A stretch of 64,000 nucleotides of DNA from an uncultured Armatimonadetes bacterium. Its GTDB lineage: Bacteria > Armatimonadota > UBA5829 > DTJY01. The stretch spans positions 1 through 64,000 of the forward strand of contig OY970325.1 of NCBI GenBank assembly GCA_963717145.1, written 5' to 3'. A model generated the notes under the pieces. That model searched no databases, had not been told where the DNA came from, and saw only the letters and a program-made list of their open reading frames with translations. The position numbers and the translations under genes were made by a program. Shown here piece by piece: positions 43,546-53,973 of this stretch. How positions within the stretch are numbered: position 1 is the first letter of the stretch; every line of letters starts with the position of its first letter.

Positions 43546-44106
43546 ATGATGACACGTGACCAGGCCTGGCTTCTGTTGAACGAGTTCACTCGCTCAGAAT
43601 CGCTGATCAAACACGCCCTGGCGGTCGAGGCCGCCATGCGGCACTACGCGGCGGTCTTCCAGGCCGATGTCGCGCTCTGGGGCGTGGTCGGATTGATTCA
43701 TGACTTCGACTACGAGCGGTGGCCGGAGCCGCCGGCCCACACCCGCGAAGGCGCTCGGATTCTCCGCGAGCGGGGTGTCGATGAGGAGATCGTCGGCGCC
43801 GTGCTTTCTCACGCCGAGTGGAACCAGGGGGAATATCCGCTGGATCGGCCGTTGCGGACGGCGCTGTATGCCGTGGACGAGCTCTGCGGCTTTGTCACCG
43901 CGGTGGCCTATGTTCGCCCTGAAAAACTGACGGGCATGACCGCCTCCAGCGTCCGCAAAAAGATGAAGCAGAAATCCTTCGCCGCCGCAGTCAGCCGCGA
44001 GGACATTGCTAGAGGCGCAGAACTGCTTGGCCTGCCGCTGGACGCGCATATCAACCACGTCATCGCGGCTATGCAGGGTGCGGCCGGTCCGCTGGGCTTT
44101 GCCTGA
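43546..44106 (+). CDS. HD-domain (HDIG-type) metal-dependent phosphohydrolase
   Basis: HALAVEAAM, GLIHDFDYE, AVDELCG and KKMKQKSFAAAVSR. Confidence 0.9.
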   Translation: MMTRDQAWLLLNEFTRSESLIKHALAVEAAMRHYAAVFQADVALWGVVGLIHDFDYERWPEPPAHTREGARILRERGVDEEIVGAVLSHAEWNQGEYPLDRPLRTALYAVDELCGFVTAVAYVRPEKLTGMTASSVRKKMKQKSFAAAVSREDIARGAELLGLPLDAHINHVIAAMQGAAGPLGFA

Positions 44107-44205
44107 GCCGCCCGCGGAAAGTCGGAGGCTGGATGGGGAGTAACCGCGAAATTCACCAAATACACGAAAGGAACACGGATTCCTCAACCCAGATGAACAG
44201 GTGTT

Positions 44206-44337
44206 CACGGACCTTGTTGCTGAGGTGGTAGGGCGCGACCGCCGGGCGCGCCGTAGAGGGAGGGAAAGAAGAGGGCGCGGCCGGCCCGGCGGTCCGGCCC
44301 TACCGGGGTGGCGGCGCTCTACCGAGACGCCGCTACG
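44206..44337 (+). repeat. REP-containing direct repeat, copy 1
   Basis: cacggacc..gctg.ggtGGTAGGGCGCGACCGCCGGGCGCGCCG...CCGGCCCGGCGGTCCGGCCCTACCGGGGTG...CGCCGCTACG; matches 47041-47157. Confidence 0.85.
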
Positions 44338-44605
44338 AGCCCCGTAGCGGCTTTCGGAAGAAAGCCGCCGTCTTCCCATTCTGAAGCGGGTCGTGCGACA
44401 GGCCAGGATCCCTTGACTGCCCGACGCAGACCACCTCCTTCAGAAAGCGCGGTTGGTCCCTTGATGGAGAGGCGGCTGGGTGCTGGGTGGCTGGCTGTTT
44501 TTCGTGTGCGGCGCGGAATTGGTTGACTGGTGTGGGTGGGATTGCCAGTGTGCCGTGTGTGAAGACTCCTTGGACAGAAACCCATCTGACACGGGCAGGG
44601 CGAGG

Positions 44606-45487
44606 ATGCAGGTTATGTTAAGGGAATGTTCTCTACGGGAGATGGTGGAATTCTTGGTGAAGAGGAAGGTGCCACCTGAGGTGGTAGGCGGTGTTCTGGC
44701 GGAGTTCGGGAACGGGACTGGGCTGTCTATTGAGGGTTTCCGGACTCCGGATGATCGCCGGTTCTTCGTTGTTGATGGCCGGGGTGGGCCTCCGTCGTAC
44801 GTTTTGGTTTATCCCGCTTGTCGAGCCCGGTATTACGAACATCACACGGTGCCGCCTGACGCCTTCTGCCGAGGCGGGGTGGTTGCAGATTTTGGAGCTT
44901 CTGTGGGTTTACGAGGCGCGCTAGTTGATGGCGGATACCTCTCGCCGCGTTTTACTATACGGTGCGCGGGTGATGCCTTTGTTGCCGGCGTGGTGGGGGG
45001 AGCATCTTCTGCAGTAATCAAGGCTGGGTGGTCTTTTGTTTTGCAGGCTCCCAATTGCGAAATTCTGAGAGAGGATGAATTCTCGAAGCAGGTTCCGCAC
45101 TACTGCGTATTGGGGCCAACGTGGTACCGCCTTCTGGTGAGGCTGGAGATTGATCCAACATACGACCTTCCGGTCGTTGGGTTTGGTGAAGGGGGCCTGA
45201 CCTTCAACTTTCTACGGGACGTGAAACGCATTGCTGGAGTGTGCCGAGTCGGAGGGAGGTCAACTGTTGAAATCACGCTGGATGACGGCGTTGTCTATTA
45301 TCTCGACCGGGCCGAAGCTGCGGGCAAATACGCCTTGGTTAAGGAGGGTACCTGGAAGGCAACGCATGAACGGAAGTGCCAACAGCCGGCCGAAGCTGGT
45401 GGCCCGTTCTACGGGGATGCGCTGGAACCCTATAGCCGGCCGATCCACAGACCTCACCGGCGGCGGCCAAGCGAATGGACTGGTTAA
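44606..45487 (+). CDS. Hypothetical protein with atypical (lower GC) codon usage
   Basis: Long open frame in a visibly more T-rich stretch. No family recognised and the start is uncertain. Confidence 0.5.
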   Translation: MQVMLRECSLREMVEFLVKRKVPPEVVGGVLAEFGNGTGLSIEGFRTPDDRRFFVVDGRGGPPSYVLVYPACRARYYEHHTVPPDAFCRGGVVADFGASVGLRGALVDGGYLSPRFTIRCAGDAFVAGVVGGASSAVIKAGWSFVLQAPNCEILREDEFSKQVPHYCVLGPTWYRLLVRLEIDPTYDLPVVGFGEGGLTFNFLRDVKRIAGVCRVGGRSTVEITLDDGVVYYLDRAEAAGKYALVKEGTWKATHERKCQQPAEAGGPFYGDALEPYSRPIHRPHRRRPSEWTG

Positions 45488-45651
45488 CTCGGCTGCTGGC
45501 GCGCGGGATGTAGCCGACGGGCTCGGCATCCCCGGCGCCAACGTAAACATGCCACACGGGGATGTCTTGACTATTCCTGAGGGGCGGCGAGCGGTCTGGG
45601 GGCAGGCGAGTGAGAGCGAGGGCTTGAAACAGTTCTTCTAAACGGCCTGGC

Positions 45652-46830
45652 GTGCGCGTACCGTGCGGCATGGCTTTGACACGATGTGGAGCGAAGAATC
45701 CGGCGGCGGTGGCGCTGGGGCGGCTGGGCGGCTCGAAGGGCGGGAAAGCGCGGGCGGCGAGGCTGTCGGCGGCGAAGCATTGCGACAACCGTCTGAAACA
45801 CGAAGGGAAGGAAGCGCCGCTGCTGTCGCAAGTGCGGGATTTAATCCTCGCAGCACGCCAGACGGTAGCGCGAGGCGTGAATGCCGCCCTGGTCATCCTC
45901 TACTGGAAAGTTGGCGACCGGATCCGCAAGGACATCTTGAAAGAGAGACGGGCTGACTACGGTGACGAGATCGTCGTGACACTGTCACGACAATTGACGG
46001 TGGAATTCGGACGCGGATTTGCCGAAAAGAATCTGCGGCGAATGGTGCAGTTTGCCGAGGTTTTTGGGGAGGAGCAAATTGTCGCGACGCTGTCACGACA
46101 ATTGGGCTGGTCTCACTTCGTGGAACTGTTACCTCTCAAGAAGCACCTGCAAAGGGACTTTTACGCGGAGATGTGCCGGGTGGAGGGCTGGAGCGTCAGG
46201 ATGCTGCGCAAAAAGATTGCGGGGATGCTCTACGAACGAACCGCACTGTCCAGGAAGCCCGCTAAAGTAGCTGAGATGGAACTGGCGCAATTGCGGGCCG
46301 AGGACAAGCTGACACCGGACCTGGTGTTCCGTGATCCGTATTTCTTGGATTTCCTGGGGTTGAAGGGGGCGTATTCGGAAAAAGACTTGGAAACAGGCAT
46401 TTTGCGGGAACTCGAAGCGTTCCTTGTGGAACTGGGGGGTGACTTTGCGTTCCTGGCTCGGCAGAAGCGCATCGTGGTGGACGGAGAGGATTTCTACCTT
46501 GACCTTCTGTTTTATCACCGACGGTTGCGGCGGTTGGTGGTGATTGACCTCAAGTTGGGCAGGTTTGATCCAGGCGACGTGGGGCAGATGGAATTCTATC
46601 TGCGGTGGATCAAGAAGCACGAGATGCGCCCGGGCGAGGCGGACCCCTTGGGGTTGATCTTATGCGCCGAAAAGTCGGACGAACGGATTGAGGTGTTTGA
46701 ACTGGCGGCCCGTGGCATTCGGGTGGCGGAGTATTTGACCGAACTGCCGCCAAAGAAGGTGCTGGAGGCCAAACTCCATGAGGCGGTGCGGGTGGCACAC
46801 GCTCGACTGGAAGAACGGGGCCGGAAGTGA
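45652..46830 (+). CDS. YhcG/DUF1016 PD-(D/E)XK nuclease-like protein (start uncertain)
   Basis: LYWKVG, GRGFAEKNLRRMVQF, LGWSHF, FRDPYFLDFLGL, FAFLARQKRI, DLLFYHRRLRRLVVIDLK and GQMEFY. Confidence 0.9.
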   Translation: MRVPCGMALTRCGAKNPAAVALGRLGGSKGGKARAARLSAAKHCDNRLKHEGKEAPLLSQVRDLILAARQTVARGVNAALVILYWKVGDRIRKDILKERRADYGDEIVVTLSRQLTVEFGRGFAEKNLRRMVQFAEVFGEEQIVATLSRQLGWSHFVELLPLKKHLQRDFYAEMCRVEGWSVRMLRKKIAGMLYERTALSRKPAKVAEMELAQLRAEDKLTPDLVFRDPYFLDFLGLKGAYSEKDLETGILRELEAFLVELGGDFAFLARQKRIVVDGEDFYLDLLFYHRRLRRLVVIDLKLGRFDPGDVGQMEFYLRWIKKHEMRPGEADPLGLILCAEKSDERIEVFELAARGIRVAEYLTELPPKKVLEAKLHEAVRVAHARLEERGRK

Positions 46831-46849
46831 TTCCTTGGAGAGGCCGGAA

Positions 46850-47028
46850 ATGGATCTTCTCTAGCTGGCGCGTGGCTTGCCGGTCGCGCCGGATGTTCCT
46901 GGCGATCTTGCGCTGCCGATAGGTGCGGTTGTCGCGTGGCATTCGAAGGTGCCACGGGCAGCCGCGCCAGAAGCAGCCATACTCGAAGATGCCGAGGCGT
47001 TCGTACCGGACCACGAAATCGGGCTTGG
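46850..47028 (-). pseudogene. vsr: Truncated, degenerate very-short-patch repair endonuclease (Vsr)
   Basis: The minus strand translates as KPDFVVRYERLGIFEYGCFWRGCPWHLRMPRDNRTYRQRKIARNIRRD. This matches Vsr PDF...F.DGCFWHGC...N..W..KI.RN..RD, but with His-to-Arg and Trp-to-Arg changes and no N-terminus. Confidence 0.8.
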
Positions 47029-47040
47029 ATGGGGATTAAC

Positions 47041-47157
47041 CACGGACCGTGTCGCTGCGGTGGTAGGGCGCGACCGCCGGGCGCGCCGCCCCATAACCGA
47101 CCGGCCCGGCGGTCCGGCCCTACCGGGGTGACGGCGTTCTGCCGAGGCGCCGCTACG
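47041..47157 (+). repeat. REP-containing direct repeat, copy 2
   Basis: Same orientation and near-identical arms to 44206-44337; only the central spacer differs substantially. Confidence 0.85.
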
Positions 47158-47187
47158 GAGGCATGGGGGAGTTGGCAGGAGGTCGGC

Positions 47188-49668
47188 CTATCGCGGCGCG
47201 TCAGCGCGGATCATGCGGAGGCCGAAGAGGGCGCCAATCTCGTTGCCCTGGGTGGCCTGGAACTTGACGGTCACCTTCTGTTTGCCCTTCACGGCTTCGG
47301 CGGGCACGGGGTATTCGACGTCGAAGAACCGCATGGGACCGCGGCGTTCGATGGTCTGCTCGCCCACGCGAACCCCGTCCACGAGGATTTCAAAGGTGCG
47401 CTCCTGCCACTCGTCGTGGTTGTACGTGACGACCAGCGCCATCGGATGGGCCGGATCCACTGGCAGGTCGAAGGAGAACCATTTGGAACCGCGGCGGCCG
47501 GCCCGGCCCAGGACGCGGACAGGTTCGGTGCTTTCGCCCTGCATGTTGGCGTCGCGCTCGGCCTGCATCTCGCCCGGTTGGGCAGAAGCCGACGGTGGCG
47601 GCTTCGAGCTTGCGCTGTCTCTCCCGTTCGGCGGCAATTTCGGCCGCTCGCTTGTCCCATTCCTGGAGCGTGAACAGGTCCCAATAGACCGCGTAGGTGC
47701 GGCGGTGCAGACGGTAGAACGGCACGAAATCCACGTCGCGATCCTTCCCCACACCCTCGGTGCGGAACGCGCCCGGCTTGTCCGGGACCGGCTTGAGCCA
47801 GTCAGCCACGGGCCGTTCCGCGCCGAGGAACACCGGCACATCGTCGAAGCTGCTCTGCCCGTCCCCTCCGCCCACGGCGTTCTCCTTCGGGACCCAGGTC
47901 CCCGGCCAGCACCAGCGGTCCCCAGAGGAGGGCCACGCGGCGGGGATTGTCCGGCAGCGGCTCCAGCCGGAGGGTCTTGGGCAGCGTGAGGGCGATGGTG
48001 TCGCCGCTCTTCCAGGTGCGCTTGAGCTCGACGTACGAGCTGGCCTTGGGCAGCGGAGGGTAGGGCACTCCGCGCGGCTGCTGACGGTCTCAGAGCGCGG
48101 CGCTGCCAGGAGTTCCGGCGCCACCGCTTCGCCGTTGACCTTGACGGAGAAGTTCGTGCCCACCCAGAACGGGCGGCGGAGGGCAATTGTGAATTCTTTC
48201 GGGCGTGCGACCGTGAGCCGGAGCGTGGCCGATTCGCCTTCGGGGAAATCGGTCTCCATGCTGAGCTTGACTCCGGCGGCGGCCCACTCGGCGGTGGAGG
48301 GCGCGTAGAGGTTCACCCAGAGCTTGTCGCCGGATTCGTAGTAGATGCCGTCGCCGTGCAGGGCGTGGCTTTCCATGCTGGAGCCGACGCAGCAGGTGAA
48401 GCCGCCGTCGAGCATGTTGCGCTCGTATTCGTGCTGCACGCCGCGGCCGACCGGCACCATGTAGCAGGCCCAGCCGTCCTGCGGGTCCAGGGAGGCCAGG
48501 ATGTGGTTGAAGAGGGCGCGCTCGTGGAAATCGGCGTAGTGGGCGTCGGGCCGCAGGGCGAACATCAGGCGGGTCATCTTGAGCATGTTATAGACGTTGC
48601 ACGTCTCGGCGGTGCGGCCGTCCACGCGGTCGCTCAGCTTGTCCGGTTCGCCGAAGTACTCGTCCTTGCCGTGGCCGCCGGTGGCGTAGCTGTGGTGCTG
48701 GACCACCCGGTCCCAGAAGAAGCGCGGCCGCATAGCCGTCGCCCGGATCGCCCACATAGGCGAAGCGGGCCAGGGAGCCGATCATCTTCGGCACCTGGGT
48801 GTTGCCGTGCTTGCCGCCGAGGTTGTCCTGGTGGCGCTTGAGCGGCTCGGTGAAGGCGCGATGCTCGAACTTGTAGGAGAGATCCAGCCAGCGTTTGTCG
48901 CCGGTGTCGGCGTAGAGATCGGCGAAGATCTCGTTCATGCCGCCGAACTCGGTGTTGAGCATGCGCTGGATCTGGGCGTCGCTCATTCGGGCCAGAATGC
49001 CCTCGGCCCAGGCGGCGAACTTGATTTCGAGCTCGAGCGCGGTCCTGTTGCCGGTGAAACGGTAGGCATCGCGCAGGCCGGCGTAGGTCTTGTGCAGCGT
49101 GTACCACGGCGACCACATGCCGTTGAGGTCGAAACCGCCGGAGCGGATGTCGCCCTGGGAGACCTGCTCGAAGAGGGCGGCCGCCGTCCGTGCCCTTCTG
49201 ATCCGTGATGGCGCCCAGGTAGCCGTTGCCGCGTTTGTCCTGCACTTCCTTCAGCTCCTTCACCAGGTAGTCGGCGCGCTCCTTGAATCGCGCATCGCCC
49301 GTGGCGACATACATCAGGCTCACGGCGGAGAGGTAATGGCCGCCAATATGGCCGGTGAGTTGCTTGCCGTTGACCGAATCCCAGCCGCCGTAGCCCTTGG
49401 CCTTGGGCTCGAGCCCGGCGCGCAGGCGGTAGCCGGCCAGCATGCGATCCGGCTCCAGGGCGAGCAGGTACTTCGCGTCGAGGTCCTGGGCGTTCTTGAG
49501 CGGGCCGCCGGTGAGGCGGACCGCCGCCAGGGGCAGGGGACGCGCGGCCTCCGGGATAACGGGAGCGACCGGCGCGGCGCCGGCCAGGGACGCGGCCGGG
49601 GCGGAGACGAAAGCCGGCGCAACGACCAGCCACGCGGGGAAGAACTGTCGCAAGAAACGGAGCTTCAT
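47188..49668 (-). CDS. Glycoside hydrolase family 127/146 (beta-L-arabinofuranosidase-like), several apparent frameshifts
   Basis: Signal peptide, GYGGWD, GHIGGHYLSA, PWYTLHK, TEFGGMNE, HGNTQVPK, AETCNVYNMLK and FTCCVGS, assembled across ORFs 48634, 48588, 47390, 47802 and 47188. Confidence 0.88.
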
Positions 49669-49693
49669 GGCGGAGAAGGGTAGCGGGGTGTCC

Positions 49694-50827
49694 TTACCGG
49701 CCGAGTGGCTTGCTCGTGATGAGACCGATGCCGCGCCCGCCTGTGGCGTCGTTCGCTCCGGGCACGGCGTTATAGAACATGTAGAGCGTGTCATTCCGTG
49801 GGTTATGGACCAGCGAGATCTTGTGGGCGTATTGCCGGTCCAGCCCGCTGGGGTTGCCGCCGGCCTTGTAGAGCGGCTCCGGGTGTGCGGTCCAGTGCAG
49901 TAGGTCGCGCGAGAACGCGACCATGATGTGCGCGCCGCCGCGGCCCACCCCGAAGTAGAACATGGTCCAGTGGTCGTCGTCGCGGAACACCTTGCCGTCG
50001 GAGCAGAAATTGGCATCGTAGCCGCCCGGGCGATTGCGCACCACCGGGTTGGCTGGGTAGCGCTTCCACTCGAGCAAGTCCGAGGAGAACGCCACGCCCA
50101 ACTGCTCGATGCTGCCGTGGGCGGCGTTGTAAAAGTTGAAGAAGCGCCCGCCGTGCTCGATCAGCCACGGCTGGTAGATGCAGTCCTTCTCCCAGCCGCC
50201 GCAGTCCGCATCGAAGACCGACAGGATGGGCTGGTTCCTGGCCCGCCGCCAGGCCAGGCCGTCGTCGCTTACGGCCACCCCTTCGTAGCCCGGCCGCAGC
50301 TCGTAACCGCCCTGGCGCGGATAGGCGCCGTAGAGCGTCCAGAACCTGCCCTCGCGCTTCTTGAGCCGCCGCGGGGCCCGGATGTCGTAGCTCTCGTAAA
50401 GATACGCTCCCACGACGCAGCCGCCGTGATCGAATTCGTTGGTGGGGCCATAGCCCATGGCCAGCCGGTAATTCCCCCAGTGCATCAGGTCGTCGCTCTC
50501 GCAAACGAAGGACTGATAGCCCCGCCCGTCGAAACCGATGAAGCTCATGAAGTACTTGTCGCGGCCGGGCACCTGGTAAACCGTGGGGACGTCGGTGCCC
50601 AGCAAGTTGGTGACGGGGCCGATGGCGGGGCGCGCCGGCACCACGTGATCGGGCCAGTAGTGCCACCCGCGGTAAGGAGCCGACCATCGGTCTAGCGTGG
50701 GGCCGTCGATGGCGTCGGCCGCGGGGGCCGCGGCTTCCGGGATGACCGGCTGTATGGCGGGCTCACCCCGAGAGTTCACGACCGACAGTGTGCCCAGGAC
50801 CAGCGCAAGGCAGAGACGATTCTTCAT
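49694..50827 (-). CDS. Secreted five-bladed beta-propeller glycosidase-like protein (GH32/43/130-like)
   Basis: ATG at 50827 with a signal peptide, and repeated S-D-D-x-x-W blade motifs (SDDLMHW, SDDGLAW, SSDLLEW, SRDLLHW). Confidence 0.75.
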   Translation of the reverse strand: MKNRLCLALVLGTLSVVNSRGEPAIQPVIPEAAAPAADAIDGPTLDRWSAPYRGWHYWPDHVVPARPAIGPVTNLLGTDVPTVYQVPGRDKYFMSFIGFDGRGYQSFVCESDDLMHWGNYRLAMGYGPTNEFDHGGCVVGAYLYESYDIRAPRRLKKREGRFWTLYGAYPRQGGYELRPGYEGVAVSDDGLAWRRARNQPILSVFDADCGGWEKDCIYQPWLIEHGGRFFNFYNAAHGSIEQLGVAFSSDLLEWKRYPANPVVRNRPGGYDANFCSDGKVFRDDDHWTMFYFGVGRGGAHIMVAFSRDLLHWTAHPEPLYKAGGNPSGLDRQYAHKISLVHNPRNDTLYMFYNAVPGANDATGGRGIGLITSKPLGR

Positions 50828-53477
50828 TGCGCCTTGATCCAGACCATGGAACGGCCGCCGCGATTGAGGCGGGCGTAGTTGGGAATGGCGAGCAGCGGCT
50901 TGCCATCCGTGAATTCCCCCTTGATGACCAGCACGCCACCCAGCAGGTCCGGGCGCCACTCGGTGGAGAGCGGGGCGGTCGGGCTGAGCGCGGAGTCCAG
51001 GTTCTGGTCCACGCTTTCGACGTTGTAGATCAGCGGCCCGTAGCGCAAGGCCACGCGGCCGCGCGTGGCCGCGATCCGGTCGCTTGCCTTGATCCTCTGC
51101 ACTTGCATTGGGACTTCCCACTCGACCACATCGCCGGCCTTCCAGGTGCGGTTGAGCACGGCGTAGCCTTTCTCCAGGATGGGCCGGACGGGACTTGCCG
51201 TTTACCGCGAGCGACGTCAGACCCTTGACCTCGGGCGTGTTGGTGTAGAGTTCGCTGGTCTGGCGGTCGGGCACGCGAATCTTGAGCGCGAACCGCTTCG
51301 AGGCCGCCGGGTTGACCGTGAGCGATACCTTGCCGCTCCAGGGGTAGTCGGTGGTTTGCACCAGCTGCACCGATGTGCCGGCCACGTTGTCGAGGGTGAC
51401 GGTGCTGCCGACGAAGAGGTTCACATACACCTGTCCTTGCCTTTGGTGTACATCCACGTCGGCAGCATGAGGAGCGTGCGCGGGATGTTGCCCACGCAGC
51501 ACGGGCAGCCGTGCCATTTGTAGCGCTTGCCGGATGAGTCCAGGGGGTTGGTGTAGGTGAAGTTCTGCCCGTCGAGGTCCACGTCGCCGAGGATGGCGTT
51601 GTAGAGCGTCTCCTCGTAGAGGTCGGCGTAGCGCGCCTCCTGCCAGGTCATCTGGAGCTTGTGCTGGAAGAACAGTTCGCCGCAGTTGGCGCAGGATTCG
51701 CAGTAGGCGTTGTTCGGCAGCGAGTAGTCCTTGCCGAAGCCCTTCCGAGGTTTCGCCGCTGCCCACGCCGCCGGTCACGTAGTACTTGCGGTTGACGATG
51801 TTGTTCCAGAGCGACAGCACGGCGCTGTGGTAATCGACGTCGCCGGTCTCCATCGCGACGTCGGCCATGCCGGAATAGGAATAGACGGCGCGCACGGCGT
51901 GGCCGACCGCTTCGTACTGCTGGGTGACGGGCAGATGGCTCTGGTCGTATTCCTCGCCGTTCCGGCGCGAGTCGAGCAGGAACTTGGCCAGCTCGACATA
52001 CTTGCGGCCGCTGGCCCGGGCCTTCCTTGTCGTCGACGAACCGGCCGAAGCGGACCAGCGCCTGTTCGAGTTCCTGGTGGCCTTCATACCAGGCCCGCTT
52101 CGGGGCGGGGCCGATGTTGTTGACCCAGCAATCGGCCAGGCGCCGGGCCGCCTCGAGCATCCGCGGGTCCTTGCCGTCGGTCATCAGGTAGTGCGCGATG
52201 GCCGCCTCGATGAAGTAGCCGGCCTGGTAGCCTTCGTGGTCGTGCTTGTTGCTCCAGCGCTTGATGCCCTGGATGGTGTACATGGTGTGGAGGTAGCCGT
52301 CGGGCTCCTGGGCGCTGAGGAGCTTGGGAATCCAGTCCTCGAGCGTCTTGCGCATCAGGGCCTGCGCCGCCGCGATCTCCGCATCGCCCTGCGGATCGAC
52401 CAGCAGGGCCACGCACATGGACTCGACGGTGTTGTAGACCCAGGTGTTGGCGAAGACGGGCCCGGTGTGCTTCGCCGGCTGGCCGGCCAGCTTCTTGCCC
52501 GCCTGGACGAAGTTCTCGATCCCGCCCTCCCTGGTTTCGGATCCTCGATCTTGCGGATGCAGTGGGGAATCCAATTGACGATCAGGTTCTTCAGGCGCGC
52601 CCGCCAGAAAGGGCTGCTGACCTGGTAGGCTCGGGGCCAAACGAACTGAAGGTGCGGGCCGGGGGAGGGGGGGTGACGGTGACCTGGATCGTGTCTGAGG
52701 CGGTGGTGGCCCCATCGTTGGCCGTCAGCTTGAGAACGTATTCGCCCGGCTGGAGAACCGGGCGGTGGTCTCGGCCGCGTTGGCGTCGGCGAAGGTGACT
52801 TTGCCCGGGCCGGACTCCTTGCTCCATTGGACAGCGGGTGCCGGGCGTGGCTTGCCGTCGTCCTTCACCGCGCCGCTCAGGTAGGTCTGGCCGGAAATAA
52901 CCACGAACCGATCCACGCCCGCGCTGACCGCGGGCGGAAAGTTGGGCGACTTGCCGCTGTCATAGACCCTCCATTCCAGGACGCCGGTGGAGGCCCCGCC
53001 GTCCGAATCGAATTCGAGCCGAAGCCTGGTGGTGGTGACCTCGGCAAAGGTGGTGGTGTTGTAACGGTTGGCGGCCAGACCCAGGCCGGCCGGGTTGGCC
53101 ACCTCGACGAAGTTGGCGCCGTCCCAATACTTGAGCCGGCAGGCCTTGGGCAACCGCACGCCGCCGCGGTCGTCGAACCAATAGACATCGGTGCGCGCCA
53201 CACTGATCGGCTGGCTCCACTCGTACTGGACCCATTGGGTGCCGGTGCGGGGCCAGTTGCCGTAGGCGCCGTGGCTCTTGTCGTTGGAGTGCTCGGGGTC
53301 GTAGCCGTCGTTCAGCGCCGTGATGGTTTCGTGGCCGGAGACATAGGACGTTGACGACTTGGCCACCAGGGCCAGGTTGGCGCCGGCAGGGGGAGGCGTC
53401 TGGGCGGACACCCCGGCGGTGAGACACCAGGTGGTCAGCAGGGCGGTGAGGGAGCGATCCAATCGAATGGGCAGCAT
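50824..53477 (-). CDS. GH127 beta-L-arabinofuranosidase-like protein with N-terminal discoidin/PKD-like domains, several apparent frameshifts
   Basis: Signal peptide, AQEPDGYLHT, HEGYQAGYFIEAAIAH, GHQELE, GHAVRAVY, YVTGGVGS, CPCCVGNIPR and RGRVALRYGPLIY, spread across consecutive ORFs. Confidence 0.85.
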
Positions 53478-53640
53478 AATTCAGTCAGTCGGCGCTTCGT
53501 TCAGCAACAGTTTGCAGCGATCCATTATCGTGTGTTTCTTAAGTATATTCCTCCCGCCCGGCTCTTGTCTTGTCCAAAATCGAAACTTTTCCTTGATTGT
53601 CGGCACGGGGCCGGACCGGCTGGCCCATCCACCGAGATCC

Positions 53641-53895
53641 GGGTCATGAAGAGCCTCCACGATTTCAGGAGCGCGCAATGGGCCCATGAACATCGGCGTA
53701 GCGGCGCTCGGCAGAGCGCCGGTGACTGGGCCTTGGCAGGAGATGGCGGCTCTCTGCCGAGAGCCGCTACGAGGTTACGGTTCATGGGCAGCCTCCATGA
53801 TTCCTTGAACGCGCGTTGCCACCATGAAGCGGGTAGGGCCGGACCGCCGGGCCGGCCGGTTCTGGGGAGGCGCGCCCGGCGGTCGCGCCCCACCT
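53641..53895. repeat. Mosaic array: 52-bp unit / REPIN / 52-bp unit / REPIN; contains the IS-free target site
   Basis: Units at 53641-53692 and 53779-53830. REPINs at 53698-53770 and 53833-53893. A single copy of the 24-mer lies at 53745-53768. Confidence 0.85.
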
Positions 53896-53973
53896 CAAAG
53901 ACGAGCCGGTTGCCCCGAAGAGGGAAAGGAGCCAAGCCTTGCGCGGCCGGGTCAGGATGTTACTGTCGGGGCG

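Noticed and set aside
53641-53895. CRISPR array
   Set aside because: The repeats are too divergent and few, the spacers are themselves repeated palindromes, and no cas genes are present.
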